A DNA stretch of 56,408 nucleotides, filler included, from Sphacelaria rigidula (taxonomy: Eukaryota), in assembly GCA_964200075.2 (NCBI GenBank). It is 7 parts of 7 records of this genome, joined end to end, with 100 filler letters (N's around TTAATTAATTAA, not from the genome) between each part and the next. Parts side by side here need not be neighbours in the genome. Positions count along the whole stretch, not along the records: positions 1 to 7,974 come from CAXNAA020012786.1; positions 8,075 to 16,047 come from CAXNAA020012787.1; 5 more parts are not named here. One strand, written 5' to 3'. Positions 1 to 12,449 of the stretch are shown here, piece after piece. Below the pieces are notes generated by a model, which saw only the letters and a program-made list of their open reading frames with translations, made no database searches and was not told the origin of the DNA. Each line of letters starts with the position of its first letter. The first letter of the stretch is position 1. Position numbers and translations under genes: made by a program.

Positions 1-586
1 CATCCCTACAAAGCCGGGACGGAGCACGCCGGGTTTTCGCCGGACCAAGGATGGGGGGGGGGGGGGTAGGTTGAAAGGTCGACAGAGGGAAAAGAAGAGT
101 GAGAGGTCCCTCTGTATTGCGTTCACGCGCGTGAAAATTGGCCGAAACCACCCTGCGATGAGCACAACGAGTGGGTATGAGGAGTTGAATTTTGAATCAG
201 GCTTGATAGTTGGCCCGAAATTCGAGGCACGGAACACAAATCAACACAAGTTCATGATTCTAGAACCGGGGGTAACACTTGTAGGGTCAAGAATCGCCGC
301 CCCTTTATGTTCTACACAACTGCGCGCGCGTTGGAACCAAACTCACAACTTATCTTCTCGTGCGTTCCGCACCCCAAATGAAAATGCGTGGCACAGGTTT
401 CGTGGACGGCATGGTGTTCGACAGAGAAGCCGGGGGATATGTGTTGGGCTGCGGGAGCAAGGTGGCCCTGCCGTTCAACATGCTTCACCTTGCGCTACGG
501 GTGATACATTTTGTCTTTGTCTTCTTTTGCGTATCATGTTGTGTTTCGAAACAGGTTTTCCTCGCGTTGTAGAACGCATCTCCGTT

Positions 587-903
587 GCGGCAACATCTTG
601 TAGTGCATGTTGAACTTCACGTATTGTAGCCCGGCATTGCAGATACTTGTTGCGTCCGAGCACCAATCCTGTTGGCTGCCAGGTCTTGTCTCTTCCGAAT
701 TGTCACACTTTGAACCCTTGAGCCGCCTGTACACCAAGTCGGACGCGAAACGGACGTACCTAGCGGGGAGAGGGTGTACTCATGATCATGCAAGTATCTG
801 CAATGTCGGGCTGCAATACGTGAATTTCAGCATGCACTACAAGATGTTGCAGCGCCTGGACACCAAGTCGGAAGCGAAACAGACGTACCTGGTGGGGAGA
901 GGG
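587..903. repeat. Compound inverted + direct duplication
   Basis: 587-649 is the reverse complement of 791-853; 724-774 is directly repeated at 853-903. Confidence 0.85.
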
Positions 904-3890
904 GGCGGAATAACCATTTTTGGTGAAGGGACAACGCCTTCGTCGCAATGACCGTTGACATGCATATAGCGCACGTGATTGATATAATACATATCATTAT
1001 TGTGTCAACCACTCTCGTTTCTCGGGACTAGTCGATAGTCTAACGATATCAATCCGTCTCCCTCCCGATACATGCTTGACATTTCGGTATCGCGGTGTGG
1101 ATCAACACTCCCGTGATGCGTCGACCCTCTGACATGTATTCGCTACTCGCGTCCTCACGCTTTCCTCAACCGAAATCAGGTACTCATTAAGATAAAAAGG
1201 ATCTGCCGGTATTGTGAACCCTCAAACGTCCGCTCTGACCGGTTCAAGATGTACCACTACAATAAGTCATTATACAACCGGAGCTCGGCGGCGAGTTTTT
1301 CGCGCATAGGTCACGACAACCATCATATCACCCTCGCAGTACAACAATGACGTGAAGCGGTACCATCGCTATCAGTAACAATGACTATGCATGAACAGAA
1401 TCCCGTCCGCTCTCTTCCCCCAAGCGCGACTAAAATGCTGGTGCACGCATCTTGGCTGAAAAGTATAGTCACGAACCACCCCTACAAGGGGCTCACGTCC
1501 ATTTAGCGTCCACCTACGCGTGCTGTAACCATCCTCCAAAACCTCGCGCAACCGTCAACGGGAAAAACCTAGGTAACAGGAAGCATGGGCGGTGAAAGGA
1601 TCAGCACCTCTCTTCCTTGAGACGGGTCTGTAGTCCTCAGGTTATCCATTCTGCCTTTTTTAATGTACTTGCCTGGCGACTAACTGCTGAGCATTGGGTC
1701 AGCACTCCCGCGGCCAGTCATACTGATTGATTTTTGTTGTTGCCACATTGCACGTGCATCTGTTCCATTCCTGAGTGCCACATATATATGTGTGTGCGTG
1801 TTTCGCCGCTTTTCCTGTCCTGCATCTACCCCCACGCCGGTCTTTCGGGTGCGCAGAAGCCAGGGATTTTCCGGACATTCATAGGAAAACTGATTCCGCT
1901 CGGCATGATGGAACGCCTGGTGCCAAAGTGAGTAAACTCGGTTTTCTTATTTCGGACTCGTTCGGACGGCTCATCATTTTTCTGCTGTGTTAGGTTGTGC
2001 TCACCCAGGTCCGCTTTCACTCCGACATCCATTTGCTGCACTTGGCGAAGTCTTGTACTTGATGGACATCTGTCTATCTTTTCAGCCATAAAATCCTTTT
2101 TGATTCACTCTCCTTTTCACGGCTTCCCCTCCTGCTCCACCGACCCTGCTTGCTCGAATCAGGTACGGCCTTGTTCTAGTCCTCGGGGAGGACGGAGTCA
2201 TAAAGGAAAGCATGCAAGACGCTACAGGGCGCACGGCGTTTATTAGCGCTGCCCATCGCCACCCAAAAAGCGGGTACACGTTTCTTGGGTCGAGCCAAAA
2301 CGCTTACCTGGGACGGATTAGATTATGATGTGTTGGGAAACGCTCGCAACAGAACAATCGCATGCGCCCGCGCTGATATCGCTCGAGGTTCTCTCATTTG
2401 GTAAGAAATGTTCAGCGTTGTCAGGCTCGAGAGTGCGACCAGCAATGATACCGTAACCAAACCGCATAGCGTGTGGTGTGCTAATCGATACAACCATGTC
2501 CGTGTGCATTGTGGTGTTTACTCGGATGTTGCTGTTATTGCTGCAGAGTTGTTGGGTATCCCGTTGGCGCTGCATGAGGAGTAACCCTCCCCAGCCGATG
2601 GGGTAGTGGTGCGGGGGTGTACAGCCGTGATGTTTTGTCGTGTTGTAGTAGTTGTTGTTGTTCGCCTTTGCTGAACCAATTACGTTAATCCATCGTGTTT
2701 CTCCAAACTTGTTCTTGTCTTGTCGATGAATGCTTCGGAGCATTTTCAACTGTCCAGAGCAGTGCGGTACAGATATTTATTTGGTGAGCAGAAAGAGAAC
2801 TTCGACGTATTCCTTTTCCTTGGTTGCTGATGAACACCACAAGAACACATGGAAGAGAATCCTGTAGTTTTTCTGGTGGGAAAAGGAAGAGGAATCTGAT
2901 CAGTTGAAAATCCTTGAGTAGGTTTCAAGCAGTGTCTGAATGTTGGGTATCTTCCTTAATAACTCGACATTATAATTGTCATTCAGGAACCATGTCCTCC
3001 TCTTGCACACATTGCGTGAAATTCGGGCTGTGGTACCGGACACTGAAACAAGTGATCTGCCCAAACGATTTGGACAGTACCCAGTGAAGGCTATACCTTA
3101 TCGTTCCGGCCACTCTGGGGTACGGCACACTCATCACCAAAGTTTCGCACGTGCGTGTAGCGTCAAGTACATCTTGAAAAAAAACAACCTGAGAGAGTGG
3201 TTGCTGCTGTACCAAACCTTGATGAAAAAACGTTCTTGGCCGTGTTTTCTCTCGCCTCGGAAGTACTTCTCAAGTCTTCGTAGCCTTCCATAAAAGCATC
3301 TTGACCTCCGGAAAACTCTCTGTGCTCATGAAGTAACACGACCTGCAGGATGTGAAACATATCCCAGGTACAGTCACACATCAACTCTACCCGTACAATG
3401 CCATTGTCCCAGAGTGAACAAACCATAGCTCGAGCGGTAACTCTTGATCAGCTGAACAGCAGGGTGTCCTTGGTTTGGGTCGAATCGGCTGAAAAAAATA
3501 CGGAGACTGGTGCAGTGGTAAGTGTTCGGCAGTCGGAAAGCAAGATCCGCAAACAATATGGCCGGACGAGTGCAGCACAGCTGTAGCTGCAAAGTTGCAG
3601 GATATCCACCAAAGCTGCGTTCTGTACCACAAAATGGTCCGAATGGCAAGGTCTACCTTACGTCTCTACGTCACTTGTATATCACCTTTGTTCCATGACA
3701 ATTTAGCGATGCTGGTCATCGCTACACTCGTCGACGTAAAGAGGTGTGCGTTGACGCGTGTGTCAAGGTTTTACGTTTTCGCATCGCCCTCAGCGCAACT
3801 GAATATTTCCCAAATACCTGAAATATCATACTGCAGTGCGAATATACTGCAACTATGCAGGGTCCTCTGTCCACGTGTACAGATCGACTA

Positions 3891-4370
3891 CGAGCTGGGC
3901 CAGCTGTAAATTCCGCTTTTCACACCACAACTTATCAAATTTACCAAAGCAGCCCGACTCGAGCATATATATTGCTGTGAACTGCAGACCAATCTTGTAA
4001 CGCACGGCACCGCCGCTGAGTGAGAAAAAAAAACGAAAACAAGTGTTGTGCATTATATATGACCGCAACGACGGAACGAAAAAAGAAAGAATCTGCCGGG
4101 ACTCGAACTGGTGACCTCCATAACTGGAGTATTCTGAGTGACTTTGGATCAATGGGGCGAAGCGGTGTCACACAAAAAGTGCCCGGCTGGGCCCAATTTG
4201 AGGTATTTTTGGCCGAAATTTCACCAAAATCCCTTGCACGCAAGTGCCCACAACGTGTAATAAGATGTCGACGTATGTCTTAATTTTCACGGAGGTATAG
4301 CATATCTCGTGCTTTTGTTGAAACATTAGATGACCTCATTTTTTTTGTTGTTGGCGTCTTTTTTCAAGTT
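3891..4370 (-). mobile_element. Truncated Tc1/mariner-type MITE (same family as 9312-9923, opposite orientation)
   Basis: TA + CGAGCTGGGCCAGC terminus at 3889-3904; interior is the reverse-complement homologue of about 9440-9923; other end not found, right boundary approximate. Confidence 0.7.
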
Positions 4371-4384
4371 CAGCGTGATTTGTG

Positions 4385-4595
4385 CAAGGGCAGGTCGAGT
4401 AGAGTATACTCAAATGCGGGGTATTTTGAAAGACGTACTTGGGGTACACACAAGTTAGGGTAGAGTGTTGGGATTCGTACCCGAAAAAAAGCTGGGAAGC
4501 GATTCCTGAAACCCTTCCACCAAGTTGTGTACTTCAAGTAAGTACGACTTTCAAAGTACCCCGCAATTGAGTATACTCTACTCGATCTACCCTTG
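4385..4595. mobile_element. Palindromic MITE / foldback element
   Basis: About 70-bp imperfect terminal inverted repeats: CAAGGGCAGGTCGAGTAGAGTATACTCAA... and ...TTGAGTATACTCTACTCGATCTACCCTTG. Confidence 0.75.
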
Positions 4596-6408
4596 GTTTT
4601 ATGGCAACAATCTAGCTGTAGCTACTCCCTTGCCATTGGCCGCGGGTGGTCGCGCGGAAGAAGCAACATTTGTTTTTTTATCCTTCTGCTTTTTCGGTCT
4701 GTGTACGCGACGTCAATCCCCCACATGTGGATAGCTCTCTGGTATATATGTCATATTTATATACATATATACATTTATTTCTGATCATGTGCTCCATCGA
4801 GTTTATTTGGGCTCCAGCCCGTCAGCGTGTTGTGTTTGTTGTGTTGCACGGGTGGTAATGAACGTGACACATGTCCGAGACAACATTGCGGCATAATTTG
4901 ATTGATGAAAGGTATCCGAAGGCGGGGGAAGAAATTGGCGCAGTCAAGCTGGCATATGAAGGCAAATACCCATCCCCCGATTTGAAGCAATGTCACAAAA
5001 AACATTGAATAAGAAGTCTTGAGGGTTCCGGCTGGGAACGTGGCTGTGGGGGCGTAATTCGCCCGATTATCCGGGTACATTCCATCGGTTGCAAAATATG
5101 TAGGGGGTGATAAAGAAAAACGACACTTTGAAAAATGACAAAGTGCATTCGTATAGAAAACGCCTCTGTGAACTTCCGACTCCGCTACGCACTGGGCCGT
5201 GCTGACCAGACTGTGCGGTACTATCTGTCCTACGGTACTGCACTACTGTACTATAGTGTACTGTACGAGACGTGGGCGTACAGCACGAGGGCTTTGGTAT
5301 CGACGGAAGTAAAGGCCAGGGCTACATCGACAACCTTGCCGTAAGTTTCACGTTTTCACGGTTTGTTATATATACCCGGTGTGATACCGACGAAGCTGGT
5401 GTGAAAGCACAACAAGGAAACACCTGCCGGCGCGGCCGAAATGTATCCACCTGTCGTCCGTCCATGCTGAAATTTGTAGTACAGTATTTGTCGTGGCTTT
5501 CATCGTGCAGTAGGTGCCTTGATATAGCGTGGAGTGCACGACACGTACGTGTGAAGCGCAGCTGTTTCCAACTGCTAACAGCTGGGACAGCAGGCTGATA
5601 TTTTCTTCAGTGTTGATGAGAGCAACAGGGCGCAGAAGTGACAGGCTCTATGCGTGGTGTTTTTTTCCGCACCGTACTCTTTCATCTGTGATCTGCACTA
5701 CTGTACAGTAGTACATACCCCCTAGAGAACATACCCCGTAGAGAGGCAGGTACTGTACTGTATAGTCGTTGTACTGTTGTACTGTCGGTATTCACGCATA
5801 CAGTATACTGGTGGCGATTCTACGACGTACCGGAGACGAGAGTAGTCCGCGTCATAACGGGACGGTACATCCATTCGCAAGGAAAATGTTATGGCTAGAA
5901 CGTTTGTTCCGGACTACTACGTGCGTGTTACATGCCCTAGTTCAAATTTTGCCGGACATGTGGGGGTAGGCCGCCCTGATGTGCACCCAAATATTGTTTT
6001 TTCGAGAATAACGATCGAGAATATGACGACATCTCACCCTCCGCTCCTTGAGTTGTCACTTGTTACCTAAGCTCTCGGTCCCATGATGTTGAAAAAGCGA
6101 TCATATTGCGTAGGGTAGCACGTAACCAGGCGAACGTCGGCAATATGTACACCGACTTGTCGTATCACGTTAACGGCGTAGTAGCCTGCTGTCCACCATC
6201 CTCATCATTTCATCAACACACCGTAGTACTGATACATTTTTCGTGCCCGTGTTATCCTTTTGTGTCCCACACTGCACAAAAACTCTTCCTTGTGCTGTCC
6301 TGACTGTTGGACGGTTGTTGTTAAACGAAGAGCAGATTTGAGCTCGGATACGTGAATACGAGCAGTCGCAATTACCCCGCCCTTCGAAGTGCCCGAAGTC
6401 AACGCGAA

Positions 6409-6648
6409 ATGGTGAACGAGGATAGGCCGTCATCCTCCGGCGGTGGCGGAGCCGTGATGGATAGCAGCCAAGAAGTCAGCGACAGTGCTCGGGAGGGCGC
6501 GGATAATGCTGGGGAGGGCGCGGAGTCAGGCATGATTTCCATCAACGTCAAGTTGCTTGGTGGTGGCGATTTCGCGATGGATGTTGACAGAAACATCGCT
6601 ATCTCTGACCTGAAGACGCGTGTCCGCGAGCGGACTGAGGTGGAAGAG
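6409..6648 (+). CDS. First coding exon of a protein with an N-terminal ubiquitin-like domain (BAG6/Scythe- or ubiquilin-like; partial)
   Basis: ATG at 6409; MISINVKLLGGGDFAMDVDRNIAISDLKTRVRERTEVEE fits the UBL beta1-beta2-alpha1 pattern; GAG|GTAAGG donor at 6648/6649. Confidence 0.75.
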
Positions 6649-7370
6649 GTAAGGTGGTCAGTTCAGTTCAGACGGGATGTTTTTTTCTTCTCTGTTTGTT
6701 GTGGTTGTCGGGTCCGCGATGGTTGTTGTTTTTCCTCTGATGTTTATGCGCCTCATATCGTGAGCAGGGGGGCGGAGAACATTTCGTTTTTATATCAAGA
6801 TTCTGTTAGAGGGAAGTACTACTGTACACTCCGTATTGTCTAAAGGTCCTATGCTACCGTACTGTTCGTTGTATTGGCTGTACCTTTAACGAATCGCCCT
6901 TTACCTTAACCCGTTATCCACGAGGGTAGGTTATTTAGTTATGCCATGAATTTCCAAGTGAAGTGATGCTGATTCAACATATGACCCATGCCTGGGATCA
7001 AGGGTTAATCAAACTTTAAACTACTAGGAATAGGATCAAAAATAGGGTTGGTCATCTGTTGAATCGGCATCATCTTCACTCGAAGAACATGTGAAGAGAC
7101 CCACGTCACATATACAGGCGGTCGAAGAGTTAGGGTCGCCGTGGGCGTGAGCCAAATCCCCCCACGCTGTCCGTTTCGCCCACGACCATCTTGCCATTGT
7201 TTGTCAGTTGCAGGTTATCTGTACCTGTTCGACTCTATTGTGTGGATCCTATTTGTCCGCGTTCATTTAGCAGTGATCACAAACTGGGTTCCACCAATGA
7301 CTGAAGATCTATCAGACGGAACGTTTCCCGGGGCAAAGGCCACTTCTTATGGACTGAACTGCACTTTAGA

Positions 7371-7748
7371 ACCTTTCATAACGGATTATTGGCGGAACAC
7401 GGGCCTTGGCGGATTTGGCCCTCTCGGAAAGATTTGCTACATTTTTCACGAGGATTCCAGTGCGCTTGTCCGATCTCTTGTGCTCCCAGTTGTATTCTTG
7501 GTCGGATTTTGGATTTCTTCAGTCGCCGCAAAAATCGTCCATTTGTCCGGGGAAAATAGGTCTTTCTCCCCGACAACTCCAAGTTTTTTGGGGCGACTGA
7601 AAAAATCCAAAATCCGACCAAGAATACAACTGGGAGTACAAGAGATCGGACAAGCGCGCTGGAATCCTCGTGAAGAATGTAGCAAATCTTTCCGAGGAGG
7701 CCAAATCTGCCAAGGCTCGTATTCCGCCAATAACCCGTGATGAAGGGT
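7371..7748. repeat. Long foldback (about 378-nt near-perfect hairpin)
   Basis: 7371-7527 is the reverse complement of 7592-7748 with about a dozen mismatches; the inner segment is also imperfectly palindromic around 7560. Confidence 0.92.
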
Positions 7749-7974
7749 GAAAAAAAACACTTCTCAGACCCACTTTTATAGCAAGCACGAATCTTGATTT
7801 TTTCAAAATCGGAGGGACAAAAAATCGGGGAACGCATTTCATGGACACGGATTTGGACCAAGTCGGGGCCGAAAAAATCGAGGGGTCAAGATCTCGGGAC
7901 GGTTTTCCCCGATTTTTTTGAGGTGACATACGTGCATTGACGTACACTCCCAGAGTACGAGGCATTTGATATTT

Positions 7975-8074
7975 NNNNNNNNNNNNNNNNNNNNNNNNNN
8001 NNNNNNNNNNNNNNNNNNTTAATTAATTAANNNNNNNNNNNNNNNNNNNNNNNNNNNNNNNNNNNNNNNNNNNN
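7975..8074. other. Artificial contig spacer (N44-TTAATTAATTAA-N44)
   Basis: 100-bp N run with a central six-frame-stop linker, identical at six positions. Confidence 0.98.
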
Positions 8075-9311
8075 CCCCCCAAGGGCCCTTCTCAACCAAG
8101 GGGATTACAATATTCCCTTTTTCAACACCCCCCCTTTGAAAAATGACCCCCCATTGGTCGCCGCGATCCCCCCCCCCCCCCCCCGAAAAAAAAATCCCCC
8201 CAACTTGCACAGGAAAGGAGATTTGTGTGCACCTCGAAGGGGAACATATATGTCCCTTTGACAGGGGCATATGCAAAGGCTCACCACACAACCCAACACG
8301 ATTAGAGCTGAACCTGAGGAACTTGGTGGCCCCGCCATAAAAAAACACGCTGCTCGAGTTGTAGCTGCTCTTCAGCCGTGCACGTTGTGCGTGACGTTGC
8401 TCAAATCTGTTCAAAACCTATTGAGAAATGATGATTAGTGTGAGACGCGCGCACAGAACACGCTTACAAAACCGTCAGCGACGACACGTGTTCGATTATT
8501 TTTGACACGCACGCAGCCGCCATTCGTCCAATATAGAACGGATTTTCGTCCTTCAAAGACTGCCGTGTGTAGATTAGCAAGGGCTTGCAGTGAAATTAGT
8601 GCGCGTGGGTGTAGCGGGTGTCTGTGAGTGTTTTTTCAGGGCTGGGTGTGTAGGTGTTGTGATGCCTTGTTGCGTCTTGTCTGCAGCATTGCACAGACCT
8701 TGGACTCACGACCACTTCCAGACCCGCCGCATTTCTGAACCTGCGTGCAGATCGCGGGTCCAAGCTGTACAAAACCACTCCTCGATAGGACTCAGGACTG
8801 GTCGTTACGGGGTGAATCCCCTGGCAAAAAGGGAGTGTGAAAAAAGGGATAATCCCCTTCGTCAAGAAGGACCCTTTTACCTCTGTAAATATCCGAATCT
8901 CAGCTGGATACCCTGTATAACACAAATTTGGGCTTTTCGACGACAAATCACCGGTTGCATTTGCGCTGCCTCCTGATATCGTGATGCTGTGTCTGATGAC
9001 CCTGTCGTTGTTCTCCTGCGCGACGCGATGCGTATGAAATCCTGCCCATTTCACTGCTTGCGTGCAATTCGCAGATCTGTAGTCAATGACCAAGTACAAC
9101 CCCGCCGCCGAAAACTCATGCCTACGAGTTAGCGTGGAACCCTTGAAGCCCACACGAAGCCGCATTGAAAAAATCTCGTCGGAAAAAATGTCGACCACAA
9201 CGTAACTGTTTCCCCTCAGACCGAGGGGCGGCATATATCCCAGTCCAACCCCCCCTTCACCCATATTTTGGCCTTACAGGGAGGGGAAACACATATTGTT
9301 CAGCATCACGA

Positions 9312-9923
9312 TGAGCTGGGCCAGCTGACAGTGATTTTTGAATGTTTCCGGGCCCGGCTGTGGGTAATTCGAGAAGTTGGGCGCTGGAATTTTGACACAT
9401 TTTCATCATCAATACGCACAATATTACAGGGGATGCAACGTAAAAAAGGAAAAACAGAAAGTTAGAACGATTTGAAGTTTCTGCAAAAACTGGAAACACA
9501 TAACTATAACTCCGTGAAAATAAAAAGAAATATGTCGTTGTCCCTCGTGTTGCTGTGCAGTATTGCATGCAAGAGATGGTGCAATCTTGGCCGACACTAC
9601 CTCAAATTGAGCGCCGCAGGGCACTTTTCGTGAGACACCGCTGCGCCGGTTTCATTCGAGTGATACAAGAGACTCCAGTTATGAAGTGCATGAGTAGTGC
9701 ATGAGTTCGAATCCCGACGAATTCCTTTTTTTGTTCCGTCGGTAAGGTTATACATTACGCACTACATTTTTTTCACTTTTTTCTTCGTATAGCGGCGGTG
9801 CGTGCCGTACGTTACCAGGTTGGTCTGCAGGTCGCACCGATATACTCAAGTACAGCTGATTTGGTAAACTCGATAAGTTATTGTGTGACATGCAAATGCG
9901 GGATTTACTCCTGGCTCAGCTCG
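9312..9923 (+). mobile_element. Tc1/mariner-type MITE (about 610 bp) with an internal tRNA-like segment
   Basis: TIRs (T)GAGCTGGGCCAG ... CTGGCTCAGCTCG followed by TA; second copy at 3891-4370; internal GTTCGAATCCC B-box near 9705. Confidence 0.7.
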
Positions 9924-10499
9924 TATTTATGCGGTATGAAGGCCTCAAGCCGCTCATTTGCTCAAGCCGCTCATGTGCTGAAGGAGTGTTCCAACGACGC
10001 AAACATACGTATTTTTCTACATCTCTCCTACAGGGTGCGGCACGGTCTCCCAGAAGCTCAACATCTCAGGCGTCACAAGTATTTTTCCATCGTCTCATCA
10101 GTTCGAGGTTTCCAACTCACAGTCAACTCGTACCAAACTCTCGCCAACATCGTCAATCCTTGCCCAGACTTCACATATGTTCCAGACGTAAACCAACTTT
10201 CACAAACTCACATTTTTCACAAGTCTGACCATGCCTGGCAGCCTAATTACTCGCATGCAAAATACGCCCCCCTGGTCCCCTTTGCCCCCTATGGGGTTGG
10301 CGTCCGTTGGCGATGACGCTCTAAAACACGTCACTCACTGCGTAAAACGTTGTTTTGGCGCGCCTGCGTTTTATTTGCGGTAACCACGATGGTGGTCGAG
10401 CTAGATCATATTGTGCGGGGTGTGAGAACGTCAACTCCGCGCAAAGGGTGTGATTGTACTATGTAGTGTTTACATCGTGAGACACCCGTGAGGCAGCGT

Positions 10500-10620
10500 A
10501 CAAGCCGTGACTGTAAGCCATGGCTATTTCCAGAAGTTGTGATACCAGAAAATGAAGTAATTCAGTGTAGGCTGTCATCCAAGTGCAAGATATTCAGTGC
10601 GGTTCGGGCGGAACCATTTT
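10500..10620 (+). repeat. Interspersed repeat, second copy at about 32070-32192
   Basis: Shared segment TGTCATCCAARTGCAAGATA.TCAGT..G.TTCGGGC.GAAC.AT.TTA with upstream similarity. Confidence 0.6.
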
Positions 10621-10815
10621 AAGCAGGATACAGCTCACCCTTCATGCGACTTGGCAAGCACACCACGGCGCTTCGCGCTTGGTGATTGATTGCGAGCCTG
10701 GTCCGGCAAAACCCGGCGTGCCCCGTCGCGGCTTTTAGAGATGCGACGTCACTGATCATACGTGTATGACCACGGCATGCAAGATTATTACTACACCCCC
10801 CCCCCTCCCCCACCT

Positions 10816-10890
10816 CGGTGCTCCGTCTCGAAAGGGATGCGTGGTCAATGGTCAGACGACTAAGGCAAGCAACACATGAGAACGCCCCCC
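10816..10890 (+). repeat. About 75-bp short interspersed repeat, family B (other copies 13852-13934 +, 21358-21397 -, 44473-44547 -, 45334-45410 +, 46115-46167 +, 56307-56361 -)
   Basis: Consensus CGGTGCTCCGTCTCGAAAGGGATGCGTGGTCAATGGTCAAACGACTAAGGCAAGCAACAAATGAGTACGCCCCC; seven full or partial copies on four contigs. Confidence 0.9.
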
Positions 10891-10989
10891 TCCCCCACCT
10901 CCGCGCCAAATGGACACTGCTAAATATATTTGAACGTCCCTACACTCAAACAGTCGTAGCTTGGAAAAGTCGTAGCTTCGAGATTCGAT

Positions 10990-12420
10990 GAGACGGGGCT
11001 CCGGCCCAATATATATTATTTCTCATATGAAAGATCAAATTGCCCACGAGACAATCACTTCAGCACTTCCTTTTCTCCTCAGGAACGTAACAGTGCGAGC
11101 GTAATGTGGGATTAGCATTACTCATGTATGGCCTACCCTGTATTCAGGTGATTATGAGCTGGTGAACTGTATTCTAGTCGTTCATTTTTTGTACCAGAGT
11201 CGAGTAATGAATGCTCGGGTATTCGATGATCAAGTAATTAAGGAGTTACTCTATTTTACATTACCTGTCAGTAGTACGTACTGCACCATCCTATTCTGCG
11301 GCAGGGGAGCGGGGGGGCGGGATGACGCCGCACTTTGGTGGGAACGAAATATAAGGGGTTGATCGACATGGGTGGATATGGAGTAGCCAGGTTCAATTAA
11401 GAGCCCCTAGCGGGACACACAACTTCTTGTTGGACAGTAACGCTTCATCCCCCTTATCGAAAACATTATTATATTGGTTGTTTTGGGGTACGCGTAGTAG
11501 ATGGGTGCGGGGGCAATCCCACCACATTTCACGGTTGAAATCGTCGTTCAATGCTGTTCATGGTACTCGTGCCCGTAGGCAGCAAGATGGCCATGTTTTC
11601 AAGTGGCATAGCTCCACAACGGCAATTATTTACATTCCTTGAACAATTTTAATGAAATTCTACTCTGGGGCATCATCTGCTTCTACGGCGTCTCAGATGA
11701 ATTATCTACATGGGTAGCGCTCACCATTGGCAAGGTCATCGGGCAGAGCCGCTGTTGAACACACAAACGTGACTACTGGAATTGGAAAACGAATTTCAGA
11801 GACTGCAAGTATGTCGGAGTACATTCCGTCGCGCAGACGGCCAGGAGGATAATCATCAGGGCAAGCACTGACTGACTGACGAAGATTGGTCTAGAAGCAT
11901 TAGTATCGACCATCGTTGTGCTTCGGGAGTAAGCAGAGCGTTTGGGGAAAAGCGCTATTTGGACACGTCCTATCTGGTTGGGTAACTGTATAATAGACGA
12001 TTCTCCAAAACGGAGTTGAACACAAAAGTGAGGTTCGAGCGGCAGAACTAAAATGCAGGTTTGGAGCCAAGCCGCTATGCCAAGGAAAACCATTTTTTCA
12101 AAAATTATAACACGCGATGCGAATATCGCGTTTGCCCCCTCAGAGGACCGCGAGTGTAGCAGTTAAGCAGGTGTGGCTAGGTGCACCGAATGACTGGGGT
12201 GTCTACGCGTGTCGATGACGAAACCACCGGAGAAGCAACGGCGGAGAGGAAGGTCCTAGCCCGTGTCCTTTGTGTGTCCTCGATAAGCGATTCCCAATTA
12301 CTGCAGTGATTGACATCTTGTTGCCAGCACATAACCAGTCTGCCATGTGCCGGGAGGGGTTTATTGCTGCACAGCCCCCCCACAGAAGATCGAAGTGCCG
12401 AGGGGTGTCGCATCTTGACT
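10990..12420 (-). mobile_element. Degenerate retroelement pol-like remnant (possibly DIRS/Ngaro-like), related to 20800-21050
   Basis: 12170-12340 is the reverse-complement homologue of 20865-21045 (EDTQRTRAR[TS]FLS in both); downstream frames are broken by stops but give weak RT-like words (INPLYFVPTK, VGNLIF...YWAGAP). Confidence 0.4.
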
Positions 12421-12449
12421 GATACAATCTTTCACGGTTAGGACAAATC

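Noticed and set aside
2318..3700. Possible Copia gag remnant on the minus strand
   Set aside because: Broken frames with N/Q-rich stretches are suggestive, but I recognised no diagnostic motif.
5268..5346. Possible small exon (GVQHEGFGIDGSKGQGYIDNLA followed by GTAAGT)
   Set aside because: Good donor site but no convincing acceptor or homology; cannot be supported.
7141..7965. Mirror-image ORFs on both strands with similar translations
   Set aside because: These are a by-product of the 7371-7748 inverted repeat, not genes.
8596..9264. 222-aa ORF on the minus strand
   Set aside because: No recognisable domain, motif or splice signals; probably chance or TE-derived.
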